Source: Octopus sinensis
Taxonomy: Eukaryota
Direction: 5' to 3'
Length of the DNA: 54,575 nt
Assembly (NCBI RefSeq): GCF_006345805.1
Contig: NW_021834265.1
Span: forward strand, 1 to 54,575
Made by a program: the position numbers and the translations under genes
Notes under the pieces: generated by a model
Databases searched by the model: none
What the model was told of the DNA's origin: nothing
The model's input: the letters and a program-made list of their open reading frames with translations, nothing else
Shown here: positions 11,938 through 25,963 of the stretch, piece after piece
How positions within the stretch are numbered: the stretch's first letter is position 1
Layout of the letters: the number at the start of each line of letters is the position of its first letter

Positions 11938-12173
11938 TACACAGAAAAAAAAAACAAGGAGAGAAAAAAATGCGTGTAGGAGCTAACGATCTATAATAAA
12001 AAAAAAAGGGACAATAAAACATTCAGATAGGGGATATAAAGAAAACAAGGTCATTCGAAGTATACTTTCCTCAGTCAAGCACCAGATTATCCTCGCAATT
12101 TCGGCTGATTATTCTTGACATATGCAAAGAGAGGGAGAGAGAAAGAGTAGATGATTGAAATGATTTCAAGATA

Positions 12174-12416
12174 AAAGTTTTCTTCCATCAGAATAATTCT
12201 CGACCACATACAGCGTGGAGGACATTTCAAAGCCTAGAGCAGCTTGAATGTGAAACGATGCTCCACCCGCCATATTCACCGGACATTGCTCCATCTGAAT
12301 ATTATTTATTTCGCAGTCTTCAAAATCATTTGGACAGAAAAAATATGAAATATGTAGACGAGGTCAGAACAGTACTGGAGTAGTATTTTTCGTCACGGAC
12401 AAGTGAATTTTGGAAA
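12174..12416 (+). pseudogene. Mariner (DD34D) transposase C-terminal catalytic fragment
   Basis: FFHQNNSRPHTA...LHPPYSPDIAPSEYYLFRSLQNHL (cf. HDNARPH and YSPDLAPSD motifs). Confidence 0.9.
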
Positions 12417-12501
12417 TATTTAAAAATAACTTTTTTTATCTTAATTTCGAACAATAAAGTATAAAAAACGCATTATTTATGGACTGACACAATATATATA
12501 C

Positions 12502-12587
<86 letters not shown>

Positions 12588-12665
12588 GCAAAGCGTGGAA
12601 GGTGTTTGTAAGCCATTTAAGAAACACACAAAAGCCGTTCGATTCACTTCAACATTTAAGTTTAA

Positions 12666-12714
12666 TTTGTCAAAATATTTCGTCGCTAAAATCCGCGACC
12701 TGTTCACTGACAAA
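12666..12714 (-). ncRNA. Minimal HHR motif, G3-C8 variant (family H3)
   Basis: TTTGTCA-GTGAACA-G-GTCGC ggatttta GCGAC-GAAA-TATT-T^TGACAAA; 7-bp helix I. Confidence 0.6.
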
Positions 12715-12787
12715 AATCCGTATGTATATATGTATGTATGTATATATATATATATATAAAATATACACACATATAAACAATACATAT

Positions 12788-12834
<47 letters not shown>

Positions 12835-12914
12835 GTATGGATAATACATATACATACATTCATATATATAAATACAAACACAGTTGTATATATATATATA
12901 TGCACACGCACGCG

Positions 12915-12945
<31 letters not shown>

Positions 12946-12999
12946 ACACATACACACACACACACACGTGGTCATTCTGAGTTATGTTTCTCTTATCAA

Positions 13000-13296
13000 C
13001 TATTCAACAATGTCGGCGTTCAAATGACGTATACATGTGATTATATCCTTTACTCGTTCAAGTCCTCGCAGAAATATTAATGCCCAGTAAAATTTTTTTG
13101 TATTCCGAATTCTGAAAGTTAAGGACAATTTTGTTATGGCGTCTACTAACAAGTGAGGATTCCCAGTCATATTGAGTTGAACCACCCGAGGTTTCGGGAT
13201 ATTTTCCACCATTAATCTCAACTGGCATAACAGCGCTGGTTCCAAAGGTGCGCCCTCAGCCTTGGATACAGCGGCCAAGAAATAACCGTATGACAT
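13000..13296 (-). pseudogene. Possible degraded Ty3/Gypsy gag-like N-terminal fragment
   Basis: NPHLL.DAI.K...FRI..TKKFYWAL loosely resembles the gag NP.LWF..E..F...I....TKF motif; pattern recognition only. Confidence 0.3.
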
Positions 13297-13852
13297 CCAA
13301 CGTCAACTAATAAGTTCTCAACTAAGGAGTTATACAGAACGATAGCTTCTGACGTCTTGCCGATTCTTCATGGCCAATGACAGTGAGATTGACAAAAGAA
13401 AACCAAAGAACCAACACACACACACACACACACATACACACTAACAGAAGAAAAAACAAGAGTGCATGAATTAAGATGGGTGACTTTAATGATCATAGCT
13501 ACAGCAGCTTTGCTTCAAACATCTTGTTTTCATAGGAAAAGTGAGAACTGCGTTCCAAACAAGTGATGGAAACAGTCTGGTGGGAACAATCTGGTTCCCT
13601 ACGAGAGTTGGAAAACCAGGAGTTGAGAACTGAGATAATTTACTACTGTTATCAGGTATCGTTGTTCCACAGCCGCTAAGGTCTGCGTAGGAGGCCTTTT
13701 CCCGTGATGATCCTGGCACTAAGTCAGAGAATGAAATTTTGAACACAATATGACTTTTCTCTTGCAATGAGGAATGACAGATCAAAGAAGAGAGGACAGA
13801 CCAATGAACCATTTGCTGAAGGAATACTCTTACGACTACTTCTCTTATTTTC

Positions 13853-13964
<112 letters not shown>

Positions 13965-14029
13965 ATGTAATATATATATATATATATGTACATATATATA
14001 TAAATATAATATATATATATATGTATGTG

Positions 14030-14248
14030 TCTGTGTGTGTTTATGAGTTTGTGTTTGTCCCCCCAACATCGTTTGACAAGCGATGGTGGTGTGTTTACGT
14101 CCCCGTTACTTAGTGGTTCGGCAAAAAAACCGATAGAATAAGTACTAGGCTTACAAAGAGTAAGTCCTGGGGTCGATGTGCTCGACTAAAGGCGGGGCTC
14201 CAGCATGGCCACAGTCAAATGACTGAAACAAGAAAAAGAGTAAAAGAG
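14030..14248 (+). mobile_element. 3' half of SINE family B
   Basis: gtttgtcccccaacatcg...ccgatagaataagtactaggcttacaaag...ccagcatggccacagtcaaatgactgaaacaag. Confidence 0.85.
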
Positions 14249-14832
14249 TATATGAGTATGTGTGTGCGCGGCGCGTTTGTAGAATAAATATATATTACTT
14301 CTATCTAGTAGAGTTGGTATTGTAGATGTTATAGCGTGCTGGAGTGGTTGAATCGTTATTAACACAGAATAACGATTAAATCACGTTGTGTAAACAGAGG
14401 AACAAACTGACGGCAGTCATGCTGGAGCAGTCTTATATGGCAAATAGAGAGAAGGTGGTTAGGGAATTGGAGAGAGTAAGAGAGAGGGCGAGGTTTGTGA
14501 TGGTGGTGAAAAGTGTGTCCGTGTATGTGTGTATGTGTGGTGTGCGTGTGTGTGTGTGTGTGTGTGTGCGTATGTAAATATGAACTGAGAAAAAAATGAG
14601 AGCTAAGAAGGGAGTGTGTTATACAAATTGGGAGTGAGAGCGTGTGATAACGTGATAAGAAAAATGATATTGTGCTCAGACAATAACTTTATCAACAAAG
14701 GAAGAAAAACGTTACAACAATTCTGAACCGAACAGTAACTTCAATTATTGCCGACGGCGCAAAATGAACGAAGAGAGAAGGAAATGATTGAAAGAACGGA
14801 AGCCATGAATAAAGTTCTAAAGAGAAAGAGAG

Positions 14833-14874
<42 letters not shown>

Positions 14875-15025
14875 CTGAAAGGAGACTTAAGATAAAGTAA
14901 AAGGTGAGGAAAGGGAATTAACAATATATATATATCTATATATATATTCTTTTATTCTTTTATATGTTTCAGCCTTGAGGCTGCGGTCATGTTGGGGCAC
15001 ATGTAGATGTGTGTGTGTGTATGTG

Positions 15026-15075
<50 letters not shown>

Positions 15076-15157
15076 ATATATATATATATATATGCATATA
15101 ATTATATATATATGTATATATATATGTGTATATATATATATATATATGTGTGTGTTG

Positions 15158-15188
<31 letters not shown>

Positions 15189-17044
15189 GTACATTTAAAC
15201 ACATTAAGAGGTTTCCATCATAGGAAACCTTTACGCTAGAGAGAACAGCTAAAGTCCAAACCATTAATTAGGAATAAATTCTCGAAGGGAATGAAAAAGA
15301 AAAACATTTACCATCTCTTTCCTGGACCATGGTTTCTGACTTACTTTAGTAAATAAAATAGTTTACCAGGCGAAGTCTTCATCAGCATGGACGCCAAACA
15401 TTAAATTAGTAAACAACGAGGCCAATCCAGCATGTGTCTCATTGCTTATACATTTTAATTTTTTTTCAAATCCACTGCTCATGCGCAGTCTTTTTTGTCG
15501 GCAGCAAAAAGATGTCGGCAAATCGACTGGCCCCCTCTCCCAAAATTTCAGACCATGTATCTAGAGTAGAAAAGATTATTATTGACCAAGTAGCAGATAA
15601 TATTTTGATATCCAATGTTAAATTAATTTTACAAATTAATATTCTTTCTACAATTGGTACAAATGCAAAATTTGTACCTAAACCAACACCAGTTGTCGAA
15701 CGGAGGTCGTCGTCAAATGCAAACACAAAGACACACAGGCATATTACATATATATATATAAATAATGGGCTTCTTCATCAAATCCATTACCAAATCTTTG
15801 GTCGGCCCCGGGTAATAATATATTAATCTTGCCTTAGGCACTGCGCAGTGAGGCTTAGCCAATGGACACCCCATTGAAAATCAAGTTCCTTATCACCCAA
15901 TCATATCTGTAGAAATATAGAATATAACTATCAATGTGAGAATATTTTTATAAACAGACTTCGAGACGCCGAATGAGTTGATATTTTACTGAAATTAATC
16001 ATCAATGTTTCTTGAAAATAAAAAGGATAATTCAAGCGTGAAACATATAAGAACTATCTCTTTAATTAACTTTATTATTTTCTTCAGTCAAGGAAATGTT
16101 CAATTTAGACCCCTACTGATACATTTAGTGATGACTATTATGAAGTAATTACGCGGGACAACAATTGGATATTGCCGTTTATAAAGAGCTAAGTTTTAAT
16201 TAGCACAAAATTGAAATGGTAAATTGGTTTGACATAGTAAGTTACGTACCGCATTTATGAAGCACAGTAAAAACCGAAATATCTATCGATTCGACAAAAT
16301 ATCCCATTTCTGGTTTCAGCGTTTAGCAACAAGCAATCTCAAATTGCAATTTCTGGAGACATTACTGATGACCTTTAAATAACGCCAAAGTGTTCCATTG
16401 ACGGGAAACAGTTAAGCCTGCCAAATGACGAAACTAATCCAACCCACTCGGAAAATACTCTGTGTACAAAATGTGAAAGGTATTTTAAGATTGTTCTCTG
16501 TTTAACTGTGGGACAAGGTCACTGTGAGGAATTTGGATGGCTTCATTTCACAATATTGTATCATAATGTTAAATTAATTTTGTGCTATTTCTCAATGATT
16601 TGAATCGTGGGATATATATATAAACGATTGATATATGTATTCCTTTTTGTATAAAAGTACATCTAAAACGTTATTATTTTAATGTAAGGTGGTGAAGTTG
16701 TACTTTCAAATGTAAGCGGATTGTCTAATTAAGCAATATAATCGCGTTTTGGTAATGTATGTATTAAATATTAATAACATTTTAGAATCGGTGGAGAAAA
16801 CGCCTTGCGGTATTTAGTGTATATCTGAATGGAATCCCGTCGAGGTGGAGCTGGCATTTCATCTTTGACTGCTATTTCGAGCGACCACGTAGACGTTCAT
16901 TCATTTGGTTGTAACCATAGGCAGTCTAGATTTTGTGGTTCGTTATTGAATTACTGAATAAATGCTAATTTAAAGTAGCTGTTTTAAGTTAACAGCGTAA
17001 AAGATATTTGCTGATGTCAGCGAATTACAAACAAATTAGGCGTA

Positions 17045-17315
17045 TCTGGTATTCCGTCGGTTACGACGACGACAAGGGTTCCAGCTGATCCGATGAACGG
17101 AACAGCCTGTTCGTGAAACTAACCTGTAAGTGGCTGAGCACTCCAATTACACGCGTACCCTTAACGTAGTTCTTCGGGAGATTCGGCGTGGTACAGGGTT
17201 TGACAAGTTTGGTCCTTTGAAATACAGGTACTACTCATTTTGCCTGTTGATTGAACAACATGAAATAAAGTCTTGTCCAAGGACACAACGCGAGCCGAAT
17301 ACTCCTAACTACTAA
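17045..17315 (-). mobile_element. SINE sharing the family C 3' body but with a CORE-like 5' part
   Basis: ggttccagctgatccgatgaacggaacagcc...gtggctgagcactcc...cccttaacgtagttc matches 52075-52200; the upstream part ttgtccaaggacacaacgc resembles family D. Confidence 0.7.
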
Positions 17316-17404
17316 AACACACGCCTTCATTTATGTGAATCAACCCTATAGTATAGTGGTTTACACGGTTGGTCAGCACTCATAACTCATCTGGTGATTT
17401 TTTA

Positions 17405-17560
17405 CAAGAACGGTGAATTGGCAGAACCGTTAGCACACCGGCCAAAGTGCTTAGCAGCATTTCTTCTGGCTTTATGTTCTCAGTTCAAGTTGCATTGAAG
17501 TCAGCTGCACCTTTCATCTCAACGGGATTTTTAAAATATGTACAAGTCAAATATTGAAGT
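17405..17560 (+). mobile_element. SINE family A, diverged, plus strand
   Basis: gaattggcagaaccgttagcacaccggccaaagtgcttagc head. Confidence 0.7.
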
Positions 17561-17929
17561 CGATAAATTAGACTAAGTCCTGCCCACAAATTTCAAGATT
17601 TGTTTCTCTAGAAGGAAAGGATAATTAAATCTCTTCCAGATTTTACTAACAGTTCACATTCCACAGTGTACAGTTGTGCCTTTCGTCCTTTCGGAGATCA
17701 ATGACATCGACAAAACCCCAACCCCAACAGAATTGCTGGCTATGTTCCTAGCTTAGAAACTTACCACTGACTCTATACGTTTTGACTATAAATCTAATCG
17801 AAACAAGTATTGCTCTTCATCCTTTTGGAGTCCATAAGATAAAATAAAATAAAACAAAATATCAGTACCATTCAAGAACTGGCAGTTGATACAATCGTCT
17901 AAACCTCCTCCCACAAAATTGATTGCATT

Positions 17930-18225
17930 ACTGTGGGGTAAGAAGGTTGTTTCCCAATCTTATGCTTCGGCATTCAGTGCCACTGCGTAGGACCTTTGGC
18001 AGGTGTCTACTACTAAAGCCTCAGGCCGACCAAAACTTTGTGAGCGGATTTGGTAGGCGGAAACTGAAAGAAGCTTGCCGTATATATGTATATATCTATG
18101 TGTGTGTGTCTTTGTGTCTGTGTTTTTTCACCCACTACCGCTTGTCGACCGGTGCTAGCGTGTTTATGTCCCCATAACTTAATGGTCCGGCAAAAAGAAT
18201 TCGATAAAATAGGTGCCTGGCTCAC
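17930..18225 (+). mobile_element. SINE family B (CORE-like), diverged
   Basis: cctcaggccgaccaaaactttgtgagcggatttggtaggcggaaactgaaagaagc. Confidence 0.8.
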
Positions 18226-18244
18226 AAAAGCCGGTTTCCCGGTT

Positions 18245-18430
18245 TCATGACGTATAAATTCCCCACCTGGATGAGACGCCAGTCTGTCGCAGGATTACTC
18301 ATTTTTGCCAAGCGAGTGAACTGGACCCACGGGAAATGAAGTGTTTTGCTCAAGAGCACAACGCGCCGCTGGTCCAAGAATCGAAACAGCAATCATACGA
18401 TCATGACTCCATCACCCTAACTAAAACACG
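18245..18430 (-). mobile_element. tRNA-derived SINE family D (CORE-like cttgagcaaaacacttca block)
   Basis: Minus strand reads ggttagggtgatggagtcatgatcg...gtttcgattcttggacc...cttgagcaaaacacttcatttc; related fragments at 27760-27865, 33898-34090 and 49478-49645. Confidence 0.7.
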
Positions 18431-20334
18431 CACCTCCACTAATATTATTCAGTGTGACTGATCAATTTATGCCTCAGAAAAGTTGACTATCGTAAATGCA
18501 GTCGTTTTGGGCGCAATTTACAGATGTTTAATTACTTCTATGTACATAGGTATACGAGCATTGGTCAAACTAATTGGTTACCAATAAGAACTATTGCGAT
18601 AGCAAGTTCAGTAAGTTAAAGAAGTCGTCTCTGCTGAATATTGAACGTCGAGCCATTGTTATTGGTGTTAGATGTATTGAGAAACATGCTTCTCGAACTA
18701 AAGCTAAAGAGATTCCTGTCGCTTTACACGGCCGACACCAACGTCAATCCGTCGGGAAAGCTAGATGTGGAATTGCGCTGAACTATGCAGATCATAATGC
18801 CATCAAAATGGCAAACATTCGTGATCAGAGCCCATAGACACTTCCCAAGAGTCGAAACCGTGGTGAAGTTTACGAACACCATTCAGACATCCTTTAAGGA
18901 TCTTTCTGAAGGGAAACATAATGTCCAATATGTATTGCACTGGTCAATATCCATATGTGTGTGTGTGTGCCTGTGTGTGTATGATTATATTATAATTATA
19001 TAATTTTATTTTTTTCAAAGCTTCCAGTGTCATTTCTCCCTTGAGATATTTGGAGCAAATATTTAAGTCAGCTTATTTTTTGTCAACGATATTTTTTAGA
19101 AAGTTTTACAATATGTAGCAGTTAATTCCCTTATATTTTCGCAGCAAAGCAACATATTTATAAGCCGATGTAGTATATATATATATATATATATATCTAT
19201 ATATAATTTGTGTATTTTGTATAATAAGCTCCCGTTTAGAGGCTCATACAGTTAAGCATAGACTTTCTTAACATATACATACACAATGACATATATATTT
19301 GTAGTGAAAGATGACGGGCAGAAAGTGCAAGACAGATGAGGTATGTGTCATTTACGATATCTATTAATGCATGTTGAGTATCATTAATGAAGTTGATAGT
19401 AGAACCGGTTGAGTAGTAGGGAAAAATTACGGTTTTTGCTTGCTTCCGGGTAACATAGATGTCAGCATCGATTAACCAAAAAAAAAAGACTCAATGAAAT
19501 CTTGATTTGTAATATAGACTGAGAAGGCCGGATGGGTGTGTTTAGCCGTTGCCATCAAACTCAGTGATTGGTGTTTTCTTCTTATCGACTTACGTAGTAG
19601 GTAAGGCAAAGTTGACCTCTGCAAGATCTGAATTAACACAATCAAGAGCTAGAATAAATGCTGCAAAGCTTTTTATTTGTTTCAAAGCTTTCAGTGTCAT
19701 TTCTCCCTTGAGATATTTGGTACAAATGCTTTTAAGTCAGGTTATTTTTCGTCAACTTTAGAAAGTTTTACAATATGTAGCATTTAATTTCCTTATACTT
19801 TCGCAGTAAAGCAACATGTTTATAAGCCGATGTAATAATGACCAAATTAGTGCAAATTAACAATCATTTGTAACATTCTTATCCTGCTGGGCAAAATATG
19901 AGCTATAAACAAGACCTGCAGTTCAACGCTGTAAGTGGCAAGGATATTGTAGAGTAGATTCATATTATTGTAGCAGTGCTGCTGGGCTTAAAGTCTCTAG
20001 CGGGAAAAGGCAGTGCAGCGTACAAGAGAAATTGCAAGAACAACTAAAGCTATAATTAACAAAAAGGATAAATATGTAATATAACAGTATATAAAAATAT
20101 TTGTGTTTGGTACTGATGGTGGCAGTGGAGTGGGACATACTGTGGAGGGCCACGCTAAATCCCTTGCAAGATTTTGTTACATTTCTTTGCGTACCGAGGT
20201 AGTTCAAATCCCGCCAGGATTTAATTTGTCTTTTATCCTTCCGAGGTTGATAACATTCTCAATCCACTTCCTCCCCGAGGTACATATTCCTCATATTTTC
20301 AACTTGTCTTCTTTAAAAAAATCCTCATTCTTTG

Positions 20335-20370
<36 letters not shown>

Positions 20371-21655
20371 TCCTCTCTCTCTCTCTCTCTCTCTCTCCCT
20401 TTGATGTATGTTGATATACATACACATTATATATAATATATATATACGCATATATAGATAGATATAGATATAGATAGATATATTTACATATATATATAAT
20501 TGAAGACATAGATGTATGTATGTATGTATGTACGTTGTCTATGTATTTATGTTTCTATATATGTGTGTATGTATGTATGTATACGTACATGTATTCCTTT
20601 CTCTAACCTATTCCTCAGTTACGATCTGTGAAGTAAATACTCCATGCTCTCCTTATCTCTTCCTTGAACATCTGCAACAAAACTGTAACGCTGGTAGAAA
20701 AAAACTTCCTTCATAAATTTCTCTATATTCATTTTTTTGTCTATTTCTGTTCTCCAAACACACCCAATCATCAAAAACACCCACAAACGTACCCTTAAGC
20801 TGTTGATAGCATAAGACAAGTTGATCAGTAAATCTGGACCGAATATCATGGCACTTCATATAATGTAGGTCTACAAGATTTCCTCTAACTTCACGACTAG
20901 CAACACTGTCATGCTCCATGGCTAATGTATAAATGATGGTGCTATTGTTGTAGCTCTTCTTGTTCGTTACATCTGGCTAACGTAAAAACAAGAACATTCC
21001 AGATTATTCTGTCTTGGAATATATGTCTTTAATTTATGAAATACAAGGATTTGGCTGCTTTTTCTTACAGATCAAGTGATCGACAGTGGCTTGTTAATGG
21101 TAATATGAAAGATTGATTCAATTAAATTCATTTTATTTCACTCATGATTATAACGACTTTAACTGTTGAAACCGGCAACCTTTTTTCATGAAGTTATGAA
21201 TAATTTTTTTATCTATTCTGATGAATTTATCAAAGAATTATCTACTTTTCAAACGGATATGTTTGCGTGTAAATGTTTGTGTGAGTGTACAATCTTACAC
21301 AAGTACACGTAAACAGATGTTTTTGCTTTTCATTCAACATTATTTCTATCCTTCTATTAAGCAGATGCCTTTTTCTTTTTATATTGTTTTTCAAATGGGG
21401 GGGGGGGTAAAGTAACTACGTACTGTTTAATGTAAAATCGAGAGAGTGAAAGTAAATTATTCTCTGCTGTATTTCTAAAAACTGTCTTTTAAACTTTCAT
21501 ATTTCACCGTTCGTCACGATGTTTCGAGCGTTACGCAGGTAACATTCTTAACTATGGCATGAAATCAAGGCGTTTTATGAAACACTTAGCCTAATGAAGC
21601 AACATGATGAAAACCTATGAAGTTTTAAGTACGTCAACATCGATATAAGAGCACA

Positions 21656-21719
<64 letters not shown>

Positions 21720-21720
21720 A

Positions 21721-22036
21721 GTCAACCTCGGCGGAATTTGAACTCAGAACATAAAGATGGACGAAATACCACTAAGCATTTTGCTCGCCGTACTAACGTT
21801 TCTTATTTCTTTATTGCCCACAAGGGGGATAAACACAGAGGGGACAAACAAGGACAGACAAAGGGATTAAGTCGATAACATCGATCCCAGTGCGTAACTG
21901 GTACTTAATTTATCGACCCCGAAAAGATGAAAGGCAAAGTCGACCTCGGCGGAATTTTTAACTCAGAACGTAACGGCAGACGAAATGCCGCTAAGAATTT
22001 CGCCCGACATGCTAACGTTTCTGTCAGCTCACTGCC
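21721..22036 (-). mobile_element. SINE family A: partial copy (21721-21800) abutting a near full-length copy (21804-22036)
   Basis: Diagnostic blocks present twice. Confidence 0.88.
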
Positions 22037-22764
22037 ACAAACTTTCAGTATGTTATATTAAAAATACTTTTGTCCCTTGGTTCACTGATCAAAATATATA
22101 ATGTGAAATTTCTGCTCTGAACTATATTTCTCTTCTTTAATAATATTGTATGAAGGTTCAAATCTATCTAAAGTTATTATTTCTCCCGTCAGATGTCGAC
22201 ACACTTGTTTCGATATATTCGCTTTTGGTATTAACTTTTTTTTTAAATACATACTATATTTTTGATAGGGAATTGCCAGATCTGATTGTGTATTCGGAAT
22301 TAAAACAAAAGTATTTGACTTCTTCGTAGATGGGACCTGGTAACATGGTAGATTAATTCTACTATACAACAAGTGTTCCCATTAAAGGTACCAAACAAAA
22401 TATCACCAATTTTAATGAACTTTTCTGGACAGTAGACACGCACACACGCACGCACGCACGCTTGCACGCACGTGGCACTCACACATACAAACATGCACGC
22501 TCACAAATATGCACATTCACTAATATTTATGTGCGCTTGTGCTGTTATACCTTAATATCTTGTATACTTAATTCAGTAATTTACAAATATCTGTTTGATC
22601 CTAAACGCATGCATTCTCTACTCCTAGTAATTTAAAAATTTTCCTTCAGTGTCTGCCGTTCTTTATCGCTAAACAAGCCTCAACAACATCGAGATTTATT
22701 TTAAAAGCAAATTTTCAAATGGGATCAATAACGAAAAATCTCTAACAAACGGTTTCAGTTCCCA

Positions 22765-22966
22765 AGCACATTTTGGTACATGGCCGGCAATTTTGGGGGG
22801 GGGGATTAAATCGATTACATCGACCCCAGTCCTTGACTGGTACTTACGACCCCGGAGGATGAAAGGCAAAGTTGACCTCGGAATTTGAGCTCAGAACGTA
22901 AAGACAGACGAAATCCCACCAAGCATTTTGCTCGGCATACTAACGTTTCTGTCAGCTCACTGCCTT
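22765..22966 (-). mobile_element. SINE family A, duplicated together with its flank from ~21870-22095
   Basis: Shares the gtcagctcactgcc variant and a 57-bp non-SINE flank with the 22-kb copy. Confidence 0.85.
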
Positions 22967-23619
22967 AAACTTTCAGAATGTTACGTTAAAAATACTTTTG
23001 TTTCTTGGTTCAATGATCAAAATCGCCCAAATTTCGGAAGCGAGAAACTCAGGGCGATAATTTATGAACTTTTAACACCAAATAAACGTTTTCTTACTTA
23101 ACTTTCTTTTTCCTTTGTTTTGGGTATCGTCTTTTCTCCTCCTTGTTCACACTGCTTTTGTGTGTGTGCATCTGTGTGTGTCTTTGCAAATATGCATATA
23201 AATGCATGTATGTATATGTTTTATATAGATATGTGTGTGCGTGTGCCTGTATTTGTGTGTATGTGTGCCTCTGCATTTGTGTGATGGTTGGTGAACGCAG
23301 TCTGTGTACCAGTGTATATCCAATAGCATGGCAACGGTGCTCACCGATTTAATCATCTAAGTACATATTGGTAGAGGGTCTTCTTTGTTGATTTATTGAG
23401 TATAAAAATCAAAAGATAATCTGTATAGGCATATAAACTGTATTGTTGTTCATATTTGTCATTTCATTTTATTCATTTCTTTTTTTTCTTTCCTTTTCAA
23501 TCTGTTCTGTATACCCATCTTTTCACCACTCTCTCTCTCACTGTCTCTCTCACCCACACGCTTGCTTGAACATGCCCGTATGTACGTATACGTATATATC
23601 CTTCCATCCATCCACCCAT

Positions 23620-23705
<86 letters not shown>

Positions 23706-23872
23706 GTATATATGTACATACATGAACATAAATATATATATATATGCATGTATATATATATATATATAGATATATATATATATATATATAATATATATAT
23801 ATATATTATATATACATATATATATATGTATATATGTACATACATGAACATAAATATATATATATATGCATG

Positions 23873-23909
<37 letters not shown>

Positions 23910-24145
23910 CATGTGTATATATATATATCTATATATATATATATACACATACATATGTATATATTTATTTTTGGAAAGAGAGAAAGGGAGAGGGCGAAAA
24001 AGAGAAGTTTACATATGCAGGAATGTATCCATATCTATATGTGTGTTCACACCTGTATTTATTTATGCCTGTATATGTCCAAGTACTTATATATATACAC
24101 ACACACACACATATATATATGTATGTGAACATGTATATATATATA

Positions 24146-24199
<54 letters not shown>

Positions 24200-24756
24200 T
24201 ATTTATGTATATATATCTCATATATACATGTATGTATGCAGACATACACACATACATGGAGCTATGTCTGCACATGCACAGATGTATTCTTATGCGTATG
24301 ATGCAGCTGTAAACTCTCCCTCAGTCTTTCACCACTTCTAGGTGTGTCTTAAAATGGAAGCCTTTCTGTCGATTCTCTCTCCCAATAAAGTTACTTTCGA
24401 AAAGTAAACACGGTTGAAAATATATACATATATGTCTAAGTAAGTAAATAAATAAATAATAAAAGCTGGTCAGAGTAGTGTGATTACTGGCAAGTAGTCC
24501 ACGACCGCATTGGTTTTGCTGGATCGATTTTTCAAGAGCGTACACCTGCAAACGAGACGTACGTGTTTGAACACAGAAATCACGACATTATCGATCCGAT
24601 CATATTAATACGTCGTCCCAGCAGAGTGACTCTGTGGACAGAGTGTGACCCACAGTTCATAACAAGTGAAAGAAAATCTTTAGATTCGACAGCTGACATT
24701 CCCAGGAGTGAAAAAAGAAAGAGAGAAAGAGAGGAACGTAGCAGCGAGTGATGGTG

Positions 24757-24799
<43 letters not shown>

Positions 24800-25880
24800 A
24801 AAGGAATCGTAGACCTTTTTACTGTTGATGCACGCGTACAAGATCGGTTTGTCTACACGCACAAACGCATGCACTAACAGACATATACACAAACACACAT
24901 ATGTATATAGACGTGCATGTATATATAACTCTAGCGCTGTTCTTTAAACACACGTAGAAGTTTCTGTGCTGGGTGTAGCTGTACGAAGGTTGTCCTGAAA
25001 GCGATGCAAAGGTGCATATACCTTCTTATGAACTAACAGAGATCGTTTAAAATGCACATGTTGCAAGAGTAAATCAGATTCTATACAAAAGTGCTCCACA
25101 TCATAGTTCTTCACCTCAAGCGATGCATTTCTGCCATCGAATCCTCTTTGAAAGAATTCAGTGGTGTTATATTGTACGCATTCCTTTCCAGCGACGATTA
25201 CCTCGTTTGAGTCATCAAATCACAATACCCAAAGATTTTCTTTCAATTGACCTTGCAGGTGAAAATCAGAAGGTTCTAGCTTCAGGTTGTAAGGTTAATG
25301 GCAGAATCACTGACTAACCTTTTTTCGGATAACCTACTTTGTTGTCATGTGTGGTCACGCACTGTCATGGAGGATATGAATTGTTTATAGATCCTTGTTC
25401 GGTTTCCTCCTCTAAATAGATTCCCTACGCTGCTTGAGTGTGTTTATAACTTTCTATGCACACTACACCTATGATCTAGAAAACGAGACGACTGACAACC
25501 ATGGCTGTGTCGAACAATGGCTCTTGAACTTCTTAAGTACGAAGAAAGCATGTTCCTTCAATTGAGTTTTCATTTCCAGTTCATAAAGATACATCCACAC
25601 TTTATCCCCTGTCATCAGGAAAAAAGCACTAACAAAAAAAATCATGCCTTTATCAGATTCATATGCTTCCAGTAAATCAGAAGAGACTTTTTAACGTCGT
25701 TCCTTCAATTCGGATGTCAACTGCCGAGATACACATCTTCCTTCATTTTTCAAAACCAAAAGTCTTCTACTATCTTCTGTAATGCATTGTTTCCACAGTC
25801 CAGTTGAACAACAAACTCACAAACTGTAAATCGTTTGTCCGCTCGTATCACTTAGCCCACTCACTCGCGATTCTCATTAG

Positions 25881-25963
<83 letters not shown>

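Noticed and set aside
12091-12125. CAGCCGAAATTGC (minus strand) possible HHR 3' half
   Set aside because: No 5' core or helix I partner is present.
15434-15826. 130-aa ORF as a host exon
   Set aside because: Its centre is the tail of SINE family A and its end is a SINE B fragment.
21515-21545. CTGCGTAACGCTCGAAAC (minus strand) HHR-like string
   Set aside because: The core is incomplete and helix I does not pair.
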